Source of the DNA: Eremomyces bilateralis CBS 781.70
Taxonomy: Eukaryota
NCBI GenBank assembly: GCA_010015585.1
Contig: ML975150.1
DNA: 64,000 nucleotides
Direction: 5' to 3' (one strand)
Shown here: one piece after another, positions 13,527-24,271 of the stretch
How the letters are laid out: each line of letters begins with the position of its first letter
How positions within the stretch are numbered: the first letter of the stretch is position 1
Program-made: the position numbers and the translations under genes
The notes under the pieces: model-generated
Told to the model about the DNA's origin: nothing
Seen by the model: only the letters and a program-made list of their open reading frames with translations
Database searches by the model: none

Positions 13527-14663
13527 TCACGGTGCTTCCCACTGATATCGTCCCACGTACCTGCTTCCGTTTCGTGCTTCAGGAGTGATGCGCCCGCTAC
13601 GACCTTGCAGAGTCGCTCCAATAATACTTTCGATCAAACGAATCTCTCGTATGAGCGGGACCATCCGCTCTGGGCGCTCTCGTGCAGCTTGGACTAGCTC
13701 TTGCACTTCGCTATAAGCTTGACCGACCTTTCTAACAATGCGTCGCATCTCATCCACCCTCAGCACTGCCTTCGACTCCGATTGCTGACCGGATAGTGCA
13801 ATGTAAAGCCATTCGTCGTGTTTGATGCGAGCTCGTGCGAGTTCCAGAAGGCTGACCAAGAGCTTCTCCGTGACCGACTCGAACATTTTCTTTGACGATC
13901 GTCGGTCTGAATCCTCGCTGTCGACCTCAGTACGCCCTATGGACTCAGTCTTTCCGGTTGCAGAGTGATAGTCTTTCCTGTAGCTCTCCGTGCCAACCCT
14001 CGTGGTACCACTCCACACCGTCCTCGGGCTTCCGTTACTTGTTCGACGGCGGAGAGGATTCACCTTTTGGCGCCAGATCGCCTTCAAGGAGCCTTCGTCC
14101 GCATACGAACGGAGAGGTGCCACTTCTTTTTCATATCCTCGGTAGAACTGTGTATAGAACACTAAGGCATCCTGTGAAGCCAGATTGAGCTTCTTTGCTG
14201 CTTTGACAAAAGGAACACCGGCACTGGCTTTTGGGTGTTGGGCATTGATGGTAGCGATGGACTCCGGAGTCCGCCTCTGGCGCGATGGAACATACTCCTC
14301 CGTGTCCGACTCTTCGATCTCCGTGATCGATGGCGCCCCATTGAAAAGCTGCTGGAGCGACGGCGCGGACGAGCGTTCCCGTTGTCCCTCCTCGCGTAGA
14401 TCATCGTTGTCAGAGAGCTCGAGCGACGGCGGCGCGAAGATCTGATGCATGGCGGCAAAATGGCTGGGCATGTGAGTGAAGCCAGAATGCGCTCGCCAGT
14501 GGTTCGCTGCTGGCATGTTCATGAAGGGTGGAGGTGGTACCCCGTTGAGAAACGGTGGATATGGCGCCGGTGGGACATTCGGAGGGAGGAAAGGTCCCGG
14601 ATACTGGCGAGGATCCGGAGGAAACGGTGAAGGTAGAGGCGGAGGCCATGGCCAAGGATGCAT
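13527..14663 (-). CDS. Hypothetical protein with Pro-rich N-terminus and helical C-terminal half
   Basis: 378-aa ORF; a branch point and acceptor (CTGAC...CAG, about 14692-14673) just upstream suggest a further 5' exon; no family recognised. Confidence 0.6.
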   Translation of the reverse strand: MHPWPWPPPLPSPFPPDPRQYPGPFLPPNVPPAPYPPFLNGVPPPPFMNMPAANHWRAHSGFTHMPSHFAAMHQIFAPPSLELSDNDDLREEGQRERSSAPSLQQLFNGAPSITEIEESDTEEYVPSRQRRTPESIATINAQHPKASAGVPFVKAAKKLNLASQDALVFYTQFYRGYEKEVAPLRSYADEGSLKAIWRQKVNPLRRRTSNGSPRTVWSGTTRVGTESYRKDYHSATGKTESIGRTEVDSEDSDRRSSKKMFESVTEKLLVSLLELARARIKHDEWLYIALSGQQSESKAVLRVDEMRRIVRKVGQAYSEVQELVQAARERPERMVPLIREIRLIESIIGATLQGRSGRITPEARNGSRYVGRYQWEAP

Positions 14664-15055
14664 TTCGGATTCCTGAGATAGGAGCGATGTCAGTACTAAG
14701 GTGAGGTAGTAATTAGCAATGACACAATAACCGGAGCGGATCAGTGGGAGAACAAGTGAATTGGACCGGTTGGCGCTAAAACAGTGCCGTATTTAAATCC
14801 ATCATGAATGATTGCATTTTTGTTGCTCTGAACGCAAGATATGGATTGGCTTCAAACGGAATCGTGATTGATCATGTTTGCCGGATTCTGCAATCATGTG
14901 CGATATGTGGAGTGATAGTAGTTGTCCCACGACTAACAAACCTGAGCCGAGCAAATTCAAATTGGAAGATAATGGATTCCGTAGTCATTGAGTATGCATT
15001 GGTAGAACCAAATAAGACGCTGCGTGGCAATAATTCAGCCAAACGAGCGATACCT

Positions 15056-16957
15056 TTACTTGGGCTTGTTTTTTCTACCCTCAATCACACTCATGACATC
15101 GGCAACACTGTTCTTATCCCCCTTCCGTTTCCTGCGTCTTTTGTCTTTCTTCTCTTTCTTCCCTCCCGCAGCACGGTCATCGTCGTCATCTTCATCCTCT
15201 GCTCCCGCATCCCCCTTCCATTTGCTGAGCTTGATTTTTCGCTCGTCCATATCTTCGGCATCTTCGAAACGACTCCCGCCAAACCCAAGATCGATGTCCT
15301 CCATATCCCGGTCATTCGTCGCCAGCATCTCTGCACGGCGTTTGAGGCGCGCTGCTTCTTCGGGATCTGAAGGGGGCGGAGGTGATCGTGATTGTCGACG
15401 GGGTTTTCGAAGTGCAGCAAGTAGGACTGGATCATGCATGGGGTCGATTCTAGTAGTGGACGGGTCTTCGGGTGCAGAATCCTGGAAATAGTTGCGTTTG
15501 GCAGGGACTTCCGGCTTGGCTTTGGTTGAGTCGACCGGAATGTCTTCTTCCGCAGACAAATCTTCCTCCTCAAATAAGTCTTCATATATTCCAGGCCTCT
15601 GCTCGACTTCTCCTTCATCAGACTCATTAGAATCTGAGTCATCTGCCGCTCCTGCCAGAGGGTTGTACTCCGCGCCCACACCGGTGAATATATCGTCATC
15701 CTCATCGCTCACTGGAGCTAGTGCTTCGAAGCCTTCAGGTACTACCATACCCAGAGGCTTGGCCCCATTCTCTGGCATCAGGAGCTCACTCGTAGGCACG
15801 TCTTTGATTTTCCGGTATTTCCGCTTCTCGTTTCCATCTTCGTCAACGATAATGAGGACTTCCCTGCCTCTGTTATCAACCTCCAGCCGTTGCGACTCTT
15901 GAGTGTGCCCAATCCTTTTGAATTTCGTCCCGAGCTGTGGCGCCTGTGCAGCCTTTGCTTCTGCCGCGGCCTTTCGACTCGCCTTCAGCTCGGCTAGGAT
16001 GGCGTCTCTTTTCCGCTTCGCTCCGCCAATGGCAAGTTGGCCCTTCTTCTCTTTCTTCTCTTGTTGTAGCGGCGCAATGTCTTTGTCTAGCATTGCCTCT
16101 AACTCTTCATCCACGCCCTCTACACCGCCCTCGCCTTGTGGGCGATCGTTCTCAGACTGGCCCGAGGGACTCATTGTCGAGTAAACATCCTCACCCCTCC
16201 TAACCCTCTCCAACAGCCTTCGATCTAAGCCCTTGATAAGATGTGTCGTGCTAATATCGCCTCCGGTTATCTCATCGCGGAGTCGTTCGAATGTCTCCTC
16301 GTCAATGTCGCCATCCTTGAACGACTTCTCCAGGGCGGCGATGCGCTCCGTCCGATCGTCATTCTCAACCTCCTCAGCTGTTCGTCGATCGAGAGCACGA
16401 TCGCGGTATCCGTCGGCGTATTTTGTACCCTTCGGGGCAGCTGAAGATTTGTATTTCGCGGTCGGTGGTCGTCCGCCTTGAGCGGCTATTTGGGCGGCGA
16501 TGTTGGGGACAGTTGTGCCTTTGACTGATCGACTGAAGCAGGTCAGAATCACTGCCCAAAATGTTGTAGTACGGTCACTCTGTGAATGCAGAAATTGATG
16601 GTCAATACCTTTGACATACATCTCCGCGAGCTAGACAAATATATACTGAGTAGCTTAGAGCAACTGCTGCCAGGGAAGGAAGGGGTATATGCTATCGCCA
16701 ATCTGTGAACTCTAGACAGAGCTAGCGCCACTACTAAATCACGTCTGTAGTTCCTTAAGCCCCGGAGGTATACATCTTCACGACCATCAATCTCTGCATC
16801 TACGGAGTGCTTGGGAATGCAGCACTTACGGTGTCATGGGGAAGGAGGCCCTTGATCGGGAGCCAAGCGATGAGGGTGGCGGTCCCCCATTGGAGCCCTT
16901 CGGCTTACCGTTGGAGGAGTTCTCCTGTAATAGTCGCCTAAACTGTTCGTTGTTCAT
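15056..16957 (-). CDS. RED-like (IK/Smu-2 family, RED_N domain) spliceosomal protein; exons 16957-16830 and 16532-15056
   Basis: Exon 1 MNNEQFRRLL...SRSRASFPMTP joins in frame across a GTAAGT...CTGAC...CAG intron; YRDRA and GGDISTTHLIKGLDRRLLERVR match the RED_N signature. Confidence 0.85.
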
Positions 16958-17330
16958 CGTGATGTCGGTGTGGTAGATCAAATGGTTCAGCAATCAACAG
17001 TCATGAAATCTTGACTGCCGTGGAACACTTGGAGATTGATGGTGGAGGGAAGTCGAAGGACGCCTTGTGGCCTTATGTCAATGCCTTGCCTCGTTGCCTT
17101 GATATAATTTCATTTAGTGCCTTAAGGAAATCGCGGAGGCGCAGTCGGATCCAAATTCCAAACTAAATTCATGATTTCCGCCGTCCACGAATCCAATTTC
17201 GACCTTCAATTTGCTGTGTTTGTTCCATTCACTGTGTTTCTGTCCATTTCCAACTCGAATCAAGTCTTGATTCACGTTGTGTTTCCTGCCCAATCCGGTT
17301 TAGCGTCACATAGCCCCACCAGTGATGGAG

Positions 17331-17410
17331 CTAACCCTAATCGGGTTCCAACCTGTCCATAAAAGCCGCCCAACTTCCACTCTTTCCTTTTCTTTTTCTT
17401 CTTCTTCTTC
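17331..17410 (+). promoter_or_regulatory. Putative U1 snRNA promoter: telobox CTAACCCTAA, TATA-like CATAAAAG and a pyrimidine tract
   Basis: CTAACCCTAA 17331-17340, CATAAAAG 17358-17365, CT-rich tract running up to the +1 of U1. Confidence 0.45.
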
Positions 17411-17571
17411 ATACTTACCTTGTTGCAGCGACGCCGTGATCAAGAAGACGGCGGCTTGCTAGACTGCCCTGCATTGCACATCGCGGAGGTGGGCTAGTAT
17501 CAGTCTCCTTCGGGGGCCTGAGCGGCGGAATTTTTGATGGCTACCAAAATAATCTTTTCAATCTTGTCATC
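17411..17571 (+). ncRNA. U1: U1 spliceosomal snRNA
   Basis: 5' ATACTTACCT; SL1 CGCCGT-GATCAAGAAG-ACGGCG (U1-70K loop); SL2 loop ATTGCAC (U1A site); SL3 with UUCG tetraloop; Sm site AATTTTTG 17529-17536; 3' stem GATGGC/GTCATC. The 3' end is approximate. Confidence 0.93.
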
Positions 17572-18282
17572 GCCTGGTGCGACGCTTGGTGGAAGAGCTG
17601 GTGTGAGTGATACCGCCTGGATTTTGCCGGTTGCGGTACATTACCTGTCAGGTATGTTACGCTGTCACGCATGTTGATCCTTCCGAATATCAATCCTCAG
17701 TACAACATATTTTTCCCTCCGTTTGTCCTCGATCTGCTCTTGCTTTACTATGTAGGCGGCCCTGTTGGTGAAAGTCACTCAAGAATCCAGGTTTTGCGCG
17801 CTTCAATTTGTCCATTTTACGCGATCATGATGGGAGGCTTCAGTCTTAACGACACAACTAGAACTACCTCTTAGATACCCCATCGAGCGTCGACTGCTTG
17901 AATCCATTACGACTACAGGCTCATCTAATAATATTCTCTCGGCAGTTGATCCAGTCGAACCATTTCAATTCGCACTCATGTTCTATCATTTCCATGGTTT
18001 CTACAACACAACCTGCGCTGCACATCTGGGATGGTTGCCTACAATACGGAGGACAGAGTCAACGAGCAAAGCTGACACCACATCATCAATAGTACAATTC
18101 TTTGTGTCTTTTATGCGCGCATTCAACTTGGACAAGGATATGAGCATAAGGAATCCATTCGTGCTTGCTCTAACGAGACTCTCCAGGAGCCATTAATCTA
18201 ACCGAAAAACAAGGAAATAAGAAAATCAGGCACAATATCCGGCCCGAAGTCAATTTCATTCTATTCTTTGCGGGTACAGATA

Positions 18283-19232
18283 TCAAACCATTCCATGCTC
18301 CGTTTTCCAGGATAACTCGAGTTCGAAGTAGGTGAGTAGATTTGTCAGCATCTCGACCACCTCCCCGTCGAACGTATTCTCAGACAAGGCGGTGATCGTC
18401 AATGCTGCGGCATCCCCAGAAGACTACTTGTTGCCGGAGAGACTGACCAGAGCCAACGCCTCCACGAAGTCGCCGACCTCCCCAACGAACTGGAATTGCG
18501 AAAGGATCTCGCGCAGAGTCCAAATTCCTATGGGCGCGCTCCTAGGGAGGCAAGGGAGCTCACTCAAAGCTAGACGAACCGTCTAACCGTCCTCCCAGGT
18601 ATGAACGAGAACTTCGAGCAGGCGTATAATCCCGTCGACAATGACTTCCTCGTGGAGCCTCAATCGGCTCAGGGTCTCAACAAATTCGGGGGTGACTTCC
18701 GTGCCACGGGCGGCCAAGATCGCAGCCGTTCGGAGAAGTGTGGTCCCAGAGATGTAGCCATTTTCGTCTAAGTTCTCCAGCGCCAACGCCAGAGACGAAA
18801 CGTTGAGACGTTCGATGGCTGGCGGTGCGGTGCTTGGAGGCTCAGTGACCGGAGGGGTGGAGACTGGAGGCCTGGTGACTGGAGGTTTAGTGGTGGGATG
18901 GATGGTGGCCGGCTCGCTATGCGACCAAAGACCGAAGGAACTCGAAGCCTTGTCCATGCCCGGAGGCCTGGGAGAAGGCTGGGTGGCCGGACGTCTGATA
19001 GCCGGCCCATCAAGTAGTGACCAGTATGAAATCGCCGAGGGCGTCGGATCAGTGCTCGTGGAAGAGGTGGTTGGAGTTCGACGAATGTTACTAAGAAGTG
19101 AAATCTGCGAGCTACTAGTCGAGCTACTAGTCGAGCTACTAGTCCAGCTGCCAGTCCGCTGACTTTTTTCTTACGCTCCTTTATCCTGTCGCTCTTCTCC
19201 CGAAGGAGGGCCAGGAGAGCTAGAAGATTCAT
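18283..19232 (-). pseudogene. Disrupted orphan gene (about 315 codons): one frameshift and two in-frame TAG stops
   Basis: MNLLALLALLREKSDRIKERKKK joins a Ser/Thr/Pro-rich frame via a 1-nt shift in an A6 run (about 19164-19169); the frame stays open past TAGs at 18585-18583 and 18426-18424 to TGA at 18285-18283. Confidence 0.5.
19109..19156. repeat. 12-bp tandem repeat GAGCTACTAGTC x3 plus one degenerate copy
   Basis: Directly visible; reads TSSS repeats in the minus-strand pseudogene frame. Confidence 0.85.
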
Positions 19233-19829
19233 TTTTGTGTGTTCTTTTTGAAGAGGAACTACTGTTCTAAAGAGAAGTAAAAGACGGCTTCATCTATCGC
19301 TGAAGTTAGCTGCTTAGATGCACGAGGTGCGGTGCCATCGTATCCAACTACAATGGCAGAGCAGTATAGGAGCCGCTTTCATCATACTGCTGCTAGTAGT
19401 GCCATTGTTCAGGCTAACAAAGTCGCATTAAATCAAATGGTCTTCCTGTGGATCGAGTCTCTCAAAAGTCGGTCATGTCAGCGTCAGACGGGAAGCCAGT
19501 CGAATTGTTTACAGTCGCGAGGAGATTCGGTTTCCGGTATTACATTTTGGATTCTTCTCAGCGCACGGATGTCTTCCATACGCTTTATTTAAATGATCTT
19601 AAAGCTAAACAGGGATTGAGCTGAAGCTGGCCTCAAAAGAACGCTGTTAAAATGCAGAGAGTATGGTGGCAACGAAAGCCATTTGACTGTCAAGTGGGTA
19701 TATCACTGGACACATCAAATCAACGATTATTACCAATCCGAGAACCGCATGGAATTTACAGCAGATTGATTTCAAAGCAATAGCAGTTCTTGTCTAAATT
19801 ATACAGAATATTTAAGAGCGTGGATGACT

Positions 19830-20677
19830 TTAGGTGGTGGGTGGGGAAGAGGCTGAAAATGATATACCACTGAAGGACTCCAGCAGCTTGACGATACGCT
19901 CGTGCCCGTTCACGGCCGCCCACCACAGCGGCGTCCTACCGTCGTCATCCTTCGAGTCGACGTCGGCCTTGGCCTCGAGCAGCACCTTGACGATACCCTC
20001 GTGCCCAAAATATGACTCTACCATCAGAATGCTTGTGAACTCTGGAATAGGGTGCCACTGGTAAGCCATCTGCCAGTACACATCAAACCAAGTCTTGAAC
20101 CGCTAGGATCGGTTATCGCAGACTCTGGAAATCAAGTGCAACATTTTCTCAGCTGCACTATACTATGCATTTCGGTAGTGGGTAGCCCAAGAACCTGCGG
20201 CATAATCTAAGTAGCCGTCTTTGACTTCTGCAGAGATCTGATCTGTCGCTCCATCAAATTCAGTGAACGAAAGACATGTAAGGCATGCTCTGGCCATAAG
20301 GGTCTCAGAATCCGTTGGAACAAGAGAATGCTTCCATCCAATAGCAGCGGTCTCACTCTTCGCAAGAAGGAATTCTTTTGCGGTCTGGTGGATCAGATAG
20401 ACCTTTCGATTTACTAGTCACAAAGAGCCCGCAGAGGTGTCTCACCGACGCTTCAACCTCGCTTCATCGTCAAGGTCAGGTTCAAGATCGTTGTAGGAGC
20501 GATGACGGTCTTCTATAGTCAGAGCTATGTTTATTTCCCTTAGTGTAAGAGGCCTGGTTACTCCAACAACGATAGAGAGCAATTTCCGTGCTTGTGGTCG
20601 ATCCTCCTCTTCGATTTTTGTAAGAATCGCTTCGTATGCTTCATTAACTGTAGACGGAAGGTCGCTTATATTAACTG
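19830..20677 (-). pseudogene. Remnant of a fungal NLR-like NACHT-winged-helix-ankyrin gene (5'-truncated, with stops and frameshifts)
   Basis: LPSTVNEAYEAIL, RPLTLREINIAL, LCGLFV, VYLIHQTAKEFL, YLDYAAGSWATH, then ankyrin repeats [42 protein letters not shown]. Confidence 0.85.
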
Positions 20678-20956
20678 CCTCTCGGCGAGGCCCATGCGGG
20701 GCTCCCACTACTCTAGAGCGACGCCCCCTGGCCGGCTGGCCCCGTGTCGATTAGTCAGCATTGTGCCCACTGCGGGACTGCGGTCTCATCCTGGTAATTG
20801 ATATTTGGTTATATAACCGTCGTAAACTCCCTTGTTATTTTATTTCTTCAGTTAAAAACTCAACAGTCAGAGTCAATCAAGACCGAGCCCGACACCGCCT
20901 CTTTTTGTATCAGGAATACACAACGAAGAGGTACGGCTCCCGTGCCGAAAGGCCCC

Positions 20957-21901
20957 ATGGAATCCGCGCCAGATTACTCACTGACAAATCCAGTCCGCCT
21001 GACCGGCTCAATATGGGTCGGGAGTGCCAAACCGGATGACATTTCCTGGACTGTCGTGTACCGGCCGTTGCTGGATTGGATCAACCAAAATCAACCCCAG
21101 GCCTTCATCATCCGCTGCCAATTGCTGCTGCTTGACCCTAAAGGCAAATGGGATCCTATTCATACTGCAGTCCACGTTAACAATCACGAGGCTGCCAATG
21201 TACCTCAGTCGTCGCCAGCTCCGGCACGGCTCGGGGGGGAGCTACCGACCGCTTCCCCCACGACATGGACCGCCCGAATGCCCGGCATCTTGCACCTACC
21301 GGGCCTGGATATGTCCGAAATCGTCTGTGTGATCGTCAAAAGCCGCCTCGTCATTCGCTATCTGCTTCTCTGGGAGCACGGGTCGAAGAAAGGCTGGCCC
21401 GGCAAACCCCAGATTCCCTACGGGGTCAAGTATGAAGACCTCCGCACGAAGCTGCTGAAAAGCGAAACCCACAAGGCGGCGAAATCCTCGCTGGCCACAG
21501 CAGCCACGATTCCCAATTCTATCAGCCGTTACCTGAGCAATGAGATGCAAGCACGTAGCGCCGGGAGGCGGAGGAAGAAGGAGGAGAAGCACGAAGGGGA
21601 GCTCAAGAACTCGCATCTTGAAATAAATGTCAGGCTCGTCCTGACGGGTGTCTCGCACACTACCGATCCGCAGGAAGAGGTTGGGAAGTTCGATCCTCCT
21701 GTATATTTCGAGGGCACATTCGATGTGCTTGGGTACAGGGTTTATCCACTTCGGACATCGTTAGCCCAACTGATGCTAGGCCGCCGGAGTGAGCTTCTGC
21801 GGAGTAGCAGTGAGGTAAGAAGACTGAGAAAGGGGAGCAGAATGGAATCAGGCTCGAAAATGCGAAGTCGAGTCCTAAGTCCTGCAACATCGCCAAGGTA
21901 A
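20957..21901 (+). CDS. Orphan hypothetical protein (about 314 aa from ATG 20957); 3' end may be spliced (GTAAGC at 21898, CTAAT..AG)
   Basis: Long ORF with C/G-ending codon bias; no recognisable motif. Confidence 0.5.
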   Translation: MESAPDYSLTNPVRLTGSIWVGSAKPDDISWTVVYRPLLDWINQNQPQAFIIRCQLLLLDPKGKWDPIHTAVHVNNHEAANVPQSSPAPARLGGELPTASPTTWTARMPGILHLPGLDMSEIVCVIVKSRLVIRYLLLWEHGSKKGWPGKPQIPYGVKYEDLRTKLLKSETHKAAKSSLATAATIPNSISRYLSNEMQARSAGRRRKKEEKHEGELKNSHLEINVRLVLTGVSHTTDPQEEVGKFDPPVYFEGTFDVLGYRVYPLRTSLAQLMLGRRSELLRSSSEVRRLRKGSRMESGSKMRSRVLSPATSPR

Positions 21902-22311
21902 GCAAATATCCTGGGCCATGAACGTACTAATAGAATGAGGCAAGTAAAATTTCCTATTTCTCTCAAATGAAAATAGAATCCCCAAATCATAACATCAGAT
22001 TCAATCACAACGCCGAAAAACGTGTTCTCCTGAAATAGTGCACGGGTATGTGATATGCTAGTGGAAGCCATACCGTAGGTATTCGTATTTCAATACAATA
22101 GTCGTGCTTCCGTAAGTCATAATAACCATCATCAATCCGGATCTGCTATCATCACACATGAACCTGAAACCCATGCGAAGGAGGTATCTAGAAAAAAGCA
22201 AAATGAAGCTCATCAATTTGAGCCCACGTACATTGCCCCAAACCAAGCGCCAGTGGCTGCACGAATCGCCGAGACTAGAAAAGGACGTGCAATGCTAAGG
22301 GATGCAACATT

Positions 22312-24271
22312 TTAACCTCTGAATTCCGGTTTTCGTCCGCGATTGACCATAGGCGGTGGTCCGTCTGCATCGGGATACGGTAACCGCGGGCTCGGTCTTG
22401 ACGCCCCCGGAATTGGTGTTTTCGGCGGGATAGGCGGTGGTAAGCCGGCCCCGGGTCGTTGTTCCTCCCCGCTTCTTCTCTGATCGTTGGACCTTCGCGG
22501 TGGCGGTGGCGGTAATGACTGCGGAGCGATGTGCGTCCCGCCGATGGGTGCTGGATGGTGCGGGAGGGTGTCGGGATGCGATTGAACGGGCTGGGGGTAT
22601 TCGTCGGATGATATTACGGCAAACTTCCCGGAGTCGGCAGTTGGCGGTCGTGGGGGTAATGGGGGGTGGAACGGCGGAGGGGCAGAAAAGTTGATTGAGG
22701 GAGGTTGGGATTGATGTGGGGGAAGGGCGACATCTTCGGCAGGGAGCTCGATGGCGATGGGGTTGCTTGGTGGTGGGACCTCCGCGATAGCCCCAACTGG
22801 AGGGCGAAATGGTCCCCATTTGGAGAAGTTACTCCAGTCTTGGGGTTGCTGTTGATCTGGTCGCGCTATGCGCTCCCAGCGCTGCTTTGCGCGGTGGATG
22901 CGAGCCAGCTTCGCGGCGGCATCAAGATTCATCGATTGCACCTTGTCTTTCGCCAGATACATCCGGGTGTTTGTACTGATGTCGGCGAGTCGGTTCCACT
23001 CATTCATGCCGAATTCACCAACACCCACTTCGACGTTGAGGCGGTAGTAGTTTTCCACGTTGACGCCGCGACGTGCAAGGTGCTCTTTCAACACGTAGTG
23101 GTGAATGTCTTCGCACTCTTCGATCTTTTGCATCAGTCTTCGCCGCGCTTCGGCAAACTCCCCAATTGTCGGCCCCACGAAGCCCTCCCACCAGAGTTGT
23201 TGCTGCGAACTTGTCCCTGAAGGACGTTTGCCTGTTCCGATGGATACGAATAATCCGACTTCGCGGCCGGGCCATTCGTTGCAAACAGCTTCATCGAGAA
23301 TTTGTGGGGCAGGGTTGTATTTGCCAACCCCGTCGTCGTGGAAGACGGATTGTCCGATCTGGATAGGCTTGAAAGCAAGGCCGATTGCAGAGGTCGCCCG
23401 ACCGGCTTGCCAGATGGTGCAATCGAATTCCGGAGCTGGCTCCTTTCGAGAATCGTAGCTTCGGAGGAGACTAGTTGAACCGGATCGAGATTGTCCTCGG
23501 TAGACTGCTGTTACAGCGCTGAAAAAGAGCTGTTAGACAACCATTGGTCAGGATGAACGGATAAGTACTCACGTTTTCGTCCTGTTTTCTCTTCGATCAT
23601 ATAGAAGTGTGTTCGGGTTTCCCCATCTTGAGAATCCCCCAAGGCTATATCGCTGGGGCGAGGTGCCGATCTGACTGTATCGACTTGCATTGCTAAATGT
23701 CCGCTGAGGACCTGCGGATCCAGGCATCCTAACGTCCAGACTATCTCGGGTGGGTGATGGCGCGTCTGGCGCATCTTCATCGTCATTCCCTTCATCTGCG
23801 TATAGCGTATGGTCCCTCACGCACTCTCGGATCGCCTCCTCGAGTTTCGCGGCCTTGAACAAAGTGCTGCGGTACGGGATTCCGGCAATGGTCTTGTCGG
23901 TTTCGAAGACGCGCTTGGTCAACCGCACGTAGAGATCTTTGCAAGTCTCAATGTCCAGCCGTAGGCGACCCAACATCAACGCGATCAACCCGCCAGTCCC
24001 CGTTCCCGCAATCAGATCAAAATGATCGCATGGTTTGGGAATCTCGTGTCGCTTCGGAGCGCGGCCTTCGATTTCGACGAATGTCCGGTGCATCAGTTCT
24101 TGAAGGAGGATGAGCATAGAATATCCCCGTACGCCACCGCCATCTGCGAAGATATGTTAGTGTCAGGTCCGAGTTCAGACTATCGCAAGTTTGCGCTAAC
24201 ATACCTAATGACAATATTCGAAGCGGCGGGCCTTTTGTCGTGTCTTTTCTGCGGAGCCCGGAGGCCTCCAT
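22312..24271 (-). CDS. Patatin-like phospholipase domain protein with Pro-rich tail; exons 24271-24205, 24143-23573, 23518-22312
   Basis: LRILSL|DGGGVRGYS oxyanion motif, FDLIAGTGTGGLIALMLGRL, IWQAGRATSA, YYRLNVEVGVGEFGMNEW; canonical introns. Confidence 0.92.

Noticed and set aside
16533..16829. TPP riboswitch in the RED-like intron
   Set aside because: No CTGAGA / TGAT...TAAT...AGCG aptamer core and no link to thiamine metabolism
17331..17342. CTAACCCTAATC as a telomerase RNA template
   Set aside because: It sits 70 nt upstream of a clear U1 snRNA and its TATA-like box, with no pseudoknot evident; better explained as a promoter telobox
20677..20760. Helitron 3' end at the NLR truncation point
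   Set aside because: Only a weak GC palindrome, and the CTAG is not in the expected A/T insertion context
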